Below are positions 23,301-34,512 of a stretch of 64,000 nucleotides of DNA, piece after piece. The notes below the pieces were generated by a model. It made no database searches, was not told the DNA's origin, and was given only the letters and a program-made list of their open reading frames with translations. Both the position numbers and the translations under genes were made by a program. The stretch lies in NCBI GenBank assembly GCA_043228905.1, contig JBHGNT010000002.1, positions 4,898,001-4,962,000 of the forward strand. The letters run 5' to 3'. Position 1 is the stretch's first letter; every line of letters starts with the position of its first letter. This stretch comes from Azolla caroliniana (Eukaryota; Plantae; Polypodiophyta).

Positions 23301-25172
23301 AGGACAAAATGTCGTAAGGTTTCAAGATCAAGAAAGTGTAAAGAGTAAGCAATCTCTTGACATTGTTGATCCAATTCCTGTGAAAAGATATGTAGATGAA
23401 GGTAGTAAAATGTCTTGCAAAAAGATTGGACTTTTGCATGAAATCTCATCAGAGCCTGTCACAATGATGGCACAAAAGCTTCAAGAACTCCCAGATAGCT
23501 TCGCGGAGAGCCTAAAGGATTCCGTCATGGAGATTTTGTGTAGCTTTGCATGGAGGAATGAGTTTCTAACCCTCCAGAGGATCATAAGAGAGAGGAAGGA
23601 TCTTACTGAAGAAACGCTATTGCTCTCACATCCGACCCAACTCTGTATTCTTGTTGCACTCAAGACTGGTATGCAAGCATTTATCCATAAAAACACAAAA
23701 AACAGAATGAGCATAAAGGCATTGATTGAGGTTTTCCAACAGAAGAGATGCCATAATGTTGAGTGTCAACTATCCTTACCTGTGGATGGATGTGAATGCA
23801 AGATTTGTTGCGAGAGAGGTGGGTTTTGCCATGAATGTATGTGTATGGTATGCTCGAAGTTCGATTCTGATACCAATACTTCGCGATGGGTTGGATGTGA
23901 TATGTGCATGCATTGGTGCCATACAGATTGTAGCCTAAGAATGTCTTACATTAGGGTTGCATCAGCTACACCTCGAGCTAGAGGAAGAGGAGGAGAAATA
24001 GAAGGAGAAGGAATATCCTCTCAAAAACTGTTTAAATGCCCTGCTTGTGGTCACTCTATGGAGTTGTTTGGGTTTGTTAAGGGTGTATTCGTTGAGTTTG
24101 CACACACTTGGGATGCCGAAGCATTGGTTAAAGAATTGGATTGCGTCCGGAGGATCTTTCATGGGAGCGAGGATGTGAGGGAGAAACAACTCTTCTGGAA
24201 AACTGAGGAGATGCTGAAAATACTTGAACACAATGATGATGCTACTGCCCATGTTCATGGTAGTATGCTTCGATTCTTCCGAAATGGTAAGAGCTCATCC
24301 TCATTTTCTCTTTTGTTTTATGTAGATTAGAAAGCACTCTTTTGTCCATGTAAAAGAGACAATTGCCTCTGTTTCTTTCTTTCTTTTGTTGAGGAAAACA
24401 CATAATTACCCCTAAGCTTTCCATATATGAATAGTATACCCATGAGTAGTACAACCAAATTGTCATGGCAACAGGGTACCTCGTATTTTTGGAGAACTTG
24501 AGGGTATTCTGCTAAATACCCATCAAGTTTAGGGTATTTGGATGTTTTTCTCTTTGCCTTTCCTTAGGGCATTGATGAGAATGCTAAGTGGTTTGTATAC
24601 ATGTATTCTTTGCAGAGGGTAATGACAACAAATTAGAGGAATCTTGTACAAATAAGCTTGCAAACTCAGGAAAACAGATTGGTAAAGCCTCTGATTACAC
24701 ACTCGATACTACGAACCATCTTCCCGAAGTGGCTTCCCCTGGAAGGAAGCCTAGTGATGCCCAACATGTGTTTTCCAGAGAGAAAGAGGAAAATAAGAAA
24801 GAATTATTATCTCATGTTAGCCGATTAGAAATTGAAGATCTACATTGTATGGACACAGTCGAAGCAAAGAAATCTGAATCGAAGCTTTTCCAAGCTCGCG
24901 CCGAAGAAGCTCGAAACGATGCAAACAATCTCTTACACATCCTTTCCAGGAAGCGAAAGAAGATCGAAGACGATGATTTCTACTTGAAGAATGCAAGGTT
25001 AAAGCTTGATGAAATAGAAGAAAAGAGAAAATCACAGCTCAAGGAGTTGCAAATCCTCGAGACTTCTCAGCATGATTATCATAAGATGAAGCTGAGGATT
25101 GAATCAGGTATGAAGATATTAAAGGCAAATTTGGAGTTACAAAGACAACGACAAATCGCTCCAGTTAATTAA
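20374..25172 (+). CDS. OBERON/TITANIA (OBE3/4)-like PHD-finger protein, ~1489 aa; exons 20374-24286 and 24616-25172
   Basis: The PHD_Oberon segment RCHNVECQLSLPVDGCECKIC...GFCHECMCMVCSKFD...RWVGCDMCMHWCHTDC...FKCPACGHSMELFGFVKGVF...LVKELDCVRRIF is followed by a C-terminal coiled coil (FQARAEEAR). The GT-AG intron is phase 1 at both ends. Confidence 0.88.
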
Positions 25173-27799
25173 TTATACACAATATGTATATATTTGCATT
25201 ATCATCATCATCATCATCAGCCTCAAGGGTTGTGTAAATATAGCTGCAACTCTGAGGCACATTTCCTGTCTATAGATGTTCCAAGTACTGGAAATACATT
25301 GCTCTTTATTGATCTCTTATATGCTAATTGTCTTGACAAAGTAAACTCAGTGATATAACTAGCAATTTAACACTACTTATCAAGATATATACTGCAGTGT
25401 GTTCAATTTGCAAAAAGATATGTACAAAGGCATGCTTCAAAAGGGGTATCAACTTTCAAGGCGACACTACTTATCAGTTCATGGATAGCACTTGTGCAAT
25501 CTATTCAAATTTACATACTATAGATTATATGACAAACTTCAGTGCCATACTTATAATCTCATGGGCATGTTGCTACCCAAGGTTATATAGTTAGTGTAAT
25601 CTATTCAAACTAAAAGTTTGCTTCAATTTGCAAAACCTTGATGCTTATCATTTATCTGCTATCACTTCAATGGTACTTATCATTGCACAATTTGTCATAA
25701 TTGGAACATATGTCCACAAGCAAGCAAGTGAAGTATGTAGCATCATGCTCCAACTTAAGGGGGCTAAGCTCATTTTTGGGCCTTTACTACAAACTTAAGC
25801 ACGCATGAGTTTAAGTCTTTGATTTTTGTTCAAGATCGTTATTTGATCAACTAAAACCAGATGAAGAGTTGTACAAAATGAGATTAGTGATTCATATCAC
25901 ATGTTAGCGCTTTGTTCTCACTACAATACTACTTGAGTGGGTGGGTAGGAAGGAGGAAACTCCACTAGTCTAACCATAATTGCAATTGAAGAATGCTTTT
26001 TGGAACAAAAAATAACAATTGAGAGTGTGGATACATTTCAAATCAATGAGAGTAGAGATGTTCCATCAAATGTGCATGGATGGTTGGGGTACAATGTGAG
26101 ATTCCTCATTTTGCATCCTATTCATATGTTTCCCATTTTGATTTATTGGGTTGTTATGACACTCATAATAGGTGTGCATATAGATACCTACATCATTAGA
26201 GCATGTTAACTAGTAAATTTATACTTATATATATGCTCATGACATGGATCTCAAGGATTGGGTATGGATTCTTCGTTAAAGTATAGATGTATGTTCCATT
26301 AGGGTTTATTGTGATTCTCTTGGGATTCATTTTGGTGTCCCTTTATCTGTCTCTCGCTATAGTGATTCTAGTGGACTTTAAGTTTCTTATCACTACTCAG
26401 TCAATGCTTAATTCAATGTCTCGTCCTCTTTTCTTTGAGTGGCAATAAATACATTGGAAACAAAGAACCATTATTGTCTCTAGTAGAGGTTACCATGTTG
26501 GGGGATCAAGAGGGGAGCACATGACAATATGTAATCTAAGTCAATCTTTTATTGAATTATGATCTTTTTGTCATTTGTTGTCAAAGAGTTCTAGTGGTTT
26601 GCTAGTCTTTGAAGTCAAGTAATGATTCATTCTTGTTCCTACAAAGAGAGACACGAGTTTAATGATAAAATTTCATCAAACAAAGACTCTTCGTTAAAGG
26701 GAATCTTGGAAGAATGTTCGCTTCTTGCATAAAAAATGAAGAAGAAGAGAAGCTGAAATTGACTTATCAAAAAATCCATAGACAATTAAATTGGTCCATC
26801 GAATGACAAAACACAAACCTCTAATAAATGATGATCTCTCTAAGAATATATTCCACTAGGTTGCAATAGTGACATATCACCTTATGTTTCGTCTATGGTT
26901 GAAATTGCAAAGATCGTGTTCTTTTGTTTATTGGGAAAATATGGAAAATACCCTTCCTGAATATAATTAATAATGGTGCATTCATTTGGTAAGCAAGTAG
27001 TATGCAATCTTCTTACTTAACCCGAGAGGTTCCTATAAAAGCAAGCATTTAACTTCCCATGACCATTCATAGTCCATGCATGACACATCCATGATTAAAC
27101 TATATATTTTCATCCCATGACCATGATGCATTTACAGACACTTATCATTTTTTAAACAATGAGTGACATTTATGACGGGGGCATTTGTAAAAACAACAAA
27201 AACCTAGAGATATGTGGCTTTTTTCGTTCTCGTTCCATGGACAAATGTTAAGAATACAAACACTCGGGCTCAATTACCAAATGCAAGGTTCTAAAAATCT
27301 ATATATTCATAAGAACAAACCCCTATGCTTGTGTTATAGCCACGAGTTCAATTGGTTAATCATCTCTCAAGCATTTGGATATACATATGTTTGAGGGGAT
27401 GAATCCCTTTTCTCTATATGTTTGAGGTTAACTAAAGATATTTATTTAGGGAAACAACAAAAACTTAAGAACATTTGGGGTATTCTTGAGTCTTTCCCAA
27501 ATATGAACAAAAGATATCTATGAATAGACAATGACTTAATTTGCATATTTAATTGTGGGTTACTTAATTCCACTCGCATTATTTACAATGTTGTCTTTTG
27601 ACACAAAAGGATTTATATGGGTGACAATATGATTATTGTTGTACTTTATCATGGTCAGGCCATTGTCATGTTACCAATTGCACTCGGTGTGAACCACCTC
27701 TAAATCTCATACTTTATTAAATTTCATGTCTATAGAGACCACCTTGTGAATGCATAATTAACATTTTATATTTTGTAAATAGAATGTGCTAGCATCAAA

Positions 27800-27900
27800 C
27801 CTTGCACTTATGGATTATGAAGCAATGTGGATACCAATAGGGTAACAACCATATGCCAAGTCGTGGCTGATGCACTTTCCCCACCCTAAACCCTCAACAT
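27800..27900 (+). mobile_element. Tiny gypsy RNase H remnant
   Basis: GTCGTGGCTGATGCACTTTCC encodes VVADALS. Nothing else is recognisable. Confidence 0.3.
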
Positions 27901-28494
27901 TTCTTTCTTGTGTCCAATTTCTATTTCTTGAATTTTGTGCATCTTATTTGTGTCATAGTTCAAAACCTCGATGCTTCCACCCATGCACGCAAGGATCTAA
28001 TACACTTCCATATGACACCATTGCCATGTTGGCGAAGGGAGAAAAGTGTCCAAATGGTGGTTTTATGTAAGGGCAATAATCCTTGTCAAAGTAAGCTTGC
28101 CAAGGAAAAGGGAGGATAAAATAATAATCAAGAACAAAGCACGGCTCAGAATGGAAAGGCCTAACTAGTAAGTATAACAACAATATCAACCATTCGAACC
28201 TTGCTAGCAGTGATGGAGAGAAAAATATCACTACACTTTATCAACAATGAAATAAGTTGTAAAAAATGTTAATTGTCCATGTGTGGAAGGTTGATTGCAT
28301 CTTAAAAGAGTAGCACTATTTTTTTTGAATTAGAGAGCTTTAAGGGAATTTCTTTCATAATCCAACGTTTTCAGCCTATAAAGTGGATAATCTAGACTTA
28401 ATATCTTAAAATCCATTAGTAATCTCATGTTCTATGAGCTAATCACATGTTACGTTCTTAATCTCACCCGTTAATTACTGTTCAACACGCAACT

Positions 28495-28670
28495 TCGTTT
28501 GACTCTAACAAGCCTTCAAGTCTAAGGAGCCTTCGACTCTAACTCACACTTGACTTTGAGAGCCTTCGAATCTACATTTTTGTTGACTCTAAGAAGCCTT
28601 CGAGTTTGAAAAACCTTCAACTCTAAAGAGCCTTCGAGTCTAACGACCTTTTGAATCCTAGGAGCTTGAA
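28495..28670. repeat. Degenerate ~18-bp minisatellite (GAGCCTTCGAcTCTAA)
   Basis: About eight variants of AGCCTTCGA(C/G)TCTAA. Confidence 0.75.
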
Positions 28671-29754
28671 TTTATTCCAAACCTCAACCAAACCTAAGCT
28701 CCACACTCGGACTCATCCCAATTCCCCCCTCAATCCCCACTAAATAAACACAATGCATAGATATACTGCACACATAAATACACGCACACACACATTAACA
28801 TGAAAACTCAAATATGGCACGCACATGCACACAGTCACACAAATGTGTTCATATGAGCTTATATAAACAAATATCCACACATAAACACATAGAAGGCACT
28901 TCTTCAAACCACATAAGAGTTATACACATTTGTATATGGACTCACAAGAGTCAACCATTTCTATGAATATATACATACGAGTATTTGCATACACATGAAA
29001 AACTGTGGACGGATGTAACTAATTAAATGCACACATGATTAGAAGATCCTTTCTCATGCAAAGTGAAGACTACGGCTCACCAGAGGTGTGACTATATCTT
29101 GATGCACATGACCACCAAATACAAACATTTTATGGTCATCAATTCTGATGTCGAAGTCATACACAAAAATGTGTCTAGTAGTACTCTCTCTTTCTCTCTT
29201 CTCATTGAGATCATGGCCATGTAAAGGGTTGTTGAATACATGCTTAAGGTTCGAAAAAATTTCTCGCATCGACTTCCTAGACTTGCATGGGAAGCAAGCA
29301 AAAAAACTAAAAATGATGCATAAAAGTACAATTTTGTGTTCTGGTTGGATACAAGATATGGAAAAATGGTTTGGTTGATCGAATGCAAGACACTTTCTTC
29401 ATGATGCATCATAAGATACTGCCATAAAAACTAAGGTATAATTTCTTTTTTCCAATGTCATTGTACATTGAATTTGTTGTTCAAATTCTACGTGAATGAT
29501 TGCAAAATGATCACGACCCTGCTCCTACTTGACCATAATCTAATGTTTCATGCACATTATAGCTCAATGGTTAGTAATCGAGCATAGAATCAACATATCA
29601 TCTACAACTTGATTTACTTGACATTCATCTAGTTTGACGAGTGTTACATGGTTGACGTTCTTAGTCAGTTAATGTAAACATTGAAAATGTGAAGAACTAG
29701 TAAATATAGTTCCACAAAGTAACAAATACACATAGGCAATGAATAAGTTAAGGT

Positions 29755-29760
29755 TATGTA

Positions 29761-29793
<33 letters not shown>

Positions 29794-29870
29794 TAGGCAA
29801 ATAGATAGATTATATTATCATCTTTGGAGGTCAAATATGACCTATGAGACCAAAAATATTACATTTCACG
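29755..29870 (-). mobile_element. Short LINE 3'-terminal fragment attached to (GT)n(GA)n
   Basis: GATTATATTATCATCTTTGGAGGTCAAATATGACCTATGAGACC is a degenerate version of the shared LINE terminus. Confidence 0.45.
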
Positions 29871-30364
29871 TGATACATGTGAAAGTGAGTAGTGATTCTC
29901 GATGTTCAAGAACTTTACCAATGAATGTTGCAATCGAGAGTGCACATTGTGGTTGTGAGAGAAATTCATGCAAGGATTGGGCTCAGTCGAAGAGATGTGG
30001 AAAGCATGGTTGAATATGATCAAATGCAGATCATTGTATCAAAATGTGATACTCAGACTCGTGAACTTGTTTAGGGCAAAGCGTGCATAGCCAACCACTC
30101 TCATCACTTTGTGCCCCAATGCAATGCATGTGAGCTAAGTCGCATGGAAACAATGGTTCGAATGGTAGTTAACGGTATGGGCTCTAACATGTATCGATGT
30201 GCGATTTCCCTGTTCCGCAAAGAGAGAGAGAGAGAGAGAGTTATAAACCAATAGTACATTAGCAAATATTTGGGGGAAGTTTACCATGACAAGAAGTTAG
30301 AACATTCCAAATTGAAAGATGGTAAACTGTAATCCACATTTTATATGAGGGGGTGGGGAGTTTG

Positions 30365-30815
30365 TGTTAATCCTTAGGGCCAGACAATGGCCTAACACAG
30401 GGTGTCTCCGGAAGACACTTCACCAAAGGGGTGTTACGGCGAGATGTCTTAAGACACAACGATTAATTCGACTTAATTGGCTACTTAGCAATAAGGCATT
30501 CACTTAATACACACATAAGATATAACAATTAACACAGAACGGTAACCATTACGTGAAGATAAAACAAGAAGTTTATATTAATTCTACGTTAAAGTTTTAC
30601 ATTGTAACCGGGCCTTTATATAGGTCACCGGTGCTGCCTACAAAACGGTGCCAACCGGCACCTATTCGGAACCGGTCCGGATCCGGATCGGCATACCGAT
30701 TCCGGTCCGTCCGTTCACTACATAATTATAATCTATTCCACTTAATTAAAATAGATTCCGAATAACCATCCCTTTCACATTTTCGTCTTTTAACTCCTTT
30801 GCCGGCCGGATAACA
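30365..30815. mobile_element. Solo LTR (451 bp) with perfect 5-bp TSD GTTTG
   Basis: TGTTA...TAACA termini, with GTTTG at 30360-30364 and 30816-30820. A TATA-like CTATATAAAG lies on the - strand. Confidence 0.85.
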
Positions 30816-31756
30816 GTTTGATTTGTATAGAACTTCTATGGAAGTAAATATACATGTTACAATCAATCTAGTACTAATGGGAAAGTGGATGAAATATCTT
30901 CTAAGGTATCCTGTTTATTAGATGTAAAAGCATCTCCCATTCATTAAGTCGATGGTGGGCTAACATGTGTGTGCCTTGAGGGGTGTGTTTGGTTGAGCTT
31001 GTTACCTTAACACAAATTAGTGTTCTTTAATTCAACTAAGTAGCTGTTGTAGTATGTGATCAACAATACCACAAATCACAAGACCTTTTGGAATGCAAGA
31101 GTCTCATGTGTGTGACTCAATCACTACAAGGACACCAATTGGGTTGATAATTCGTCCAATCGATGATTGGCTTTGGGTTTCACATTCTCAAACGGAAGCA
31201 ATGTCATGTTTGGAGCAATAGAAAACAATTGATCATGTTTCTATTGAGAACAAAGGCGGGGTGTAGGGCATGGAAGTTATTGCATGGGTCATAACACAAC
31301 CATATTCTAATGGACTTTAGAATCCTTATCGAGAAACCCATAGAGACTATTTGTGACAATGTTAACATCATACAATTGGCACAAAAGCTTAATGTTCCAT
31401 CATCCACGTAGGGAAGAAGCATATGAAGTTGTACAAACACGACATTGAAGAGTAGATCACAACACGAGACACCAATTTCCAACATACTCAAACCCATTGT
31501 TAGATGACACGTATATTCACCAATGTGCTTGGGGTAGACAAGTTCAGATAGTACTTGATGGCGTTTGGCCTAGATCCATTTGATTCACTTAGGGTAGGGT
31601 GAAGGAAAATAAGCCTGAACATTTTTGCGATGGTACACCACATGACATAGATGACTTGAAGGGGCATGTCAGCTCGATCACACTCTCATTAGGGCAAGCA
31701 TATGAAAAATATACCCTTGCATTAAATGTATAGGATATTGTCTTTGCATTGACTAT

Positions 31757-32244
31757 TAGCAATCAACAACGGTTCAGTTTGAACTTAATCAAACCATGGC
31801 TTAATGGGTTAAACAAGTTCGTTTAGGTTCATGTTTTGGTAAATGGTTTAGTTTCAGTTTGGGGGTTTAATTGTTCATTTTGGTTTGAGCCTTTATCGAT
31901 TTCTGGTTTGACGGTTTAGGATTGAAACTTGATCGTTTTCTTAAAAATGTTTTGAACATTTTAAGCCTAACTTTGATGTTTTAAGAAAAATCTTTAAATT
32001 TTGAGATATTGAAAATTTTTAAATTAAAATGTGAAATTTTGAATTTTGACCTATTTCTCAAACCAAAACCAAACTATGAAACAACAGTTTAAAGGTTTGA
32101 AAATCTCTATAAGCATTTGGTTTGAGCTTGATTTTTTTGTAACGGTTCTATTCATACGGTTTCATGGTTCAGTTCGGTTTTAGTTTCAAAATTTTCAAAT
32201 GGCTTGAGTTTGACACTATCAAACCGAACCGTTGCCGATTATTA
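31757..32244. mobile_element. hAT-type MITE (488 bp) with 8-bp TSD TTGACTAT
   Basis: The TSD is at 31749-31756 and 32245-32252. Imperfect TIRs are TAGCAATCAACAACGGTTC / GAACCGTTGCCGATTATTA. There are many GGTTT/AAACC subterminal motifs. Confidence 0.85.
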
Positions 32245-32866
32245 TTGACTATGTGGATATAATACTATATCCCAATCATGATAATTTGGTTACACACTGG
32301 TGTGAAGTACGCTTTGATCGCACTATATAAACCAATCCCCTCTCTTAGATGTGGTATTATTTATCGTTGAATCATAGTTGATCAAGTCTTGATTTATTTG
32401 TAGCTTTATTATTTTTGTAAACCTTGAGTGCTCTCTCTCTCTCTCTCTCTCTCATTCTCACACAATATTGTCAATAACATCATACATGATCAAAGTATGA
32501 AGCATTTAAATGAGATTGCATGCTTTGATTGAATATTGGGTATAATAACATTAAACACATAGGTCAAACATTAAGCACTCTAATAAGATTACATAATGTA
32601 GTAAAAAAAATCACGAGAGTAGAAAGCATTCTTAGTAATAAAAATTGGAAAATGGTTCCATACCCCACCTTATGAAATATCATATTTCTTGTCTATCCAC
32701 TCCAACCAATTGATCACCTACCTATCTACCTTTCTAAAGCTTGACTAAAATGCTCCATGGGCTCACCTTACAAATCAACATTCCCGTTATTCTTCCATAT
32801 AAGCCTAAACACCTTACCAATTCATGCATTTAGCTTTAAACTCAAGCCTTGCAAACCATCACATTT

Positions 32867-33321
32867 TGTTACGGGCATGACCATATAATATCCCATGGTG
32901 AGAATTTACCGTAGTATTCTATACACGTGGATAAGTGTGAGGGTTAAACGAGAGTGTAAAGAAGGGGAGGATTACTTTTAATCCTTAGGATTGAGACACC
33001 CATTAGGCCAAGTGTGAACTTGCCTGGGGGCCTTGGGTATTGCTATAAATAAGAGGCCTAGCTACCCTCATTTCATCATCTTTTGACTACGTCGAGACTC
33101 TGTTTTGTGGTGGTTCAACCCTTGTAGTGAGCGCTCCAACACCAAGTACAACTCGACGACTCGACGATGGTATGGGATGCCGATCGAGGCTTGAGTCCGT
33201 CTCGATCCCTTCGCTCGGGGGTGGTCGGGTGGATCAACACCCTTCTTTCTCTCTCTCCTTTCTATCTATCTATCATTCTTTTCTCCTTATCATATGCTTA
33301 CATTAGATCATATCTCTAATA
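32867..33321 (+). mobile_element. Solo LTR (455 bp) with 5-bp TSD CATTT
   Basis: TGTTA start and TAATA end (TAACA with a C>T change), with CATTT on both sides. Internal CTATAAAT. Confidence 0.7.
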
Positions 33322-34315
33322 CATTTCTTATGCATCCACAAATCCTAATGCACTAGCTCAATCCACTCTTTTTGAACCTAACCCTAAATTATTCAAATGT
33401 TTGCATTGCTAACTCAATGAAGCATTAATAGTCTTTTTATATAGTCCCAACATAAGAGACCTTTGTTTATTGAACCCAACCTTTTGAATGCTTAGAACCC
33501 CCCATCTTGTGAATTGTAACTACTCCTATCCATTCATATCAATCTCAACAAATACTGATGCATCTATGTGAACCCGACATAATAATTTATTGGAACCCTA
33601 AGCTTGTGAACCATTGCTGCCCTCCTTTGTCCATGTTCAGCCTCGAAAGAAATCTCTTTGAACCCAACCCAAAAATGCATCGAACATTGATTGTCTCGTG
33701 AAGCATTACTCGAACACCTTTCTCCCATCTTACTCAATCTCATTAGCATACATAGCCTTATGAACCCTCGCCTTATATAAGGCATCCAATGAATCGTCAA
33801 CAGGAACACCTCCTCTAAACGAACCCAATCTCTAGAAAAGCGTCGAAAACCTCAGATTGAAAACAACATTCGTGTGTGTCTAGTTGCCTACATCATCGAA
33901 CCGTTACTCACCCTTACAAGAGCAGGGTATAAGCACGCGATCCAAATAGAGATGCTTCATTGGTTGAGCGCCCTGGGTAAATCCTCTGATGCGGCCATAT
34001 GTGAACTTTAACACGTACGGGGATGGATGGACGCAGGTAGGGATCATCCGGCACATAAAAATATGTCCGGGATTGAAAGACAAAGTATATGTCTTGTTAT
34101 GTTTACATATGTACATATATGTATATGTATAGAGGAAGAAGAAGAAAGAAGAAGAAGAAGAGTGTTTTAGCCATGGAAAGACTTGAACCCTACCCTACCC
34201 TACCCCACCCCCCAAAACCAAAGGAAATATGTATGTATTAAGAAGAGCAGCAAAATTTGTGGGTCTTTCTTTCACATAATCTTTAAAGACCCATCTCTGA
34301 TAAATAATTCCTCTG

Positions 34316-34324
34316 TTAGGGTTT
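34316..34324 (-). promoter_or_regulatory. Telo-box (AAACCCTAA) ~190 bp upstream of the eIF2-beta ATG
   Basis: TTAGGGTTT on the + strand. Telo-boxes are known in plant translation-factor and ribosomal-protein genes. Confidence 0.55.
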
Positions 34325-34512
34325 CTTTTTTGTCTTAGCAGGTAGTCGCTCAGAGACAGACAGAGAGACAGACAGAGAGAGAACAGCAGAAGTTGCAGGA
34401 GACACAGAAGGATCTCTCGCTCGCTCGCTCGCTCGTTTATTTGTTTGCTTATTATTTTATTTTGCCTCGCACTCTCCCTCTCTCGATCTTTTGGTTCCTC
34501 CATCCATCGGCT

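Noticed and set aside
21798-24258. Antisense ORFs over the OBE-like gene (likewise over the PPR and EHD3-like genes)
   Set aside because: They are shadows of the sense coding sequence with no independent motifs.
28495-28670. Regularly spaced short repeats resembling a CRISPR array
   Set aside because: The repeats are degenerate and mostly adjacent, there are no unique constant-length spacers or cas genes, and the context is eukaryotic.
25900-30230. Short ORFs in 26-30 kb (also 1-550 and 39-41 kb) as genes or identifiable transposases
   Set aside because: No recognisable domains or consistent exon chains were found. They are probably old TE debris that cannot be classified by eye.
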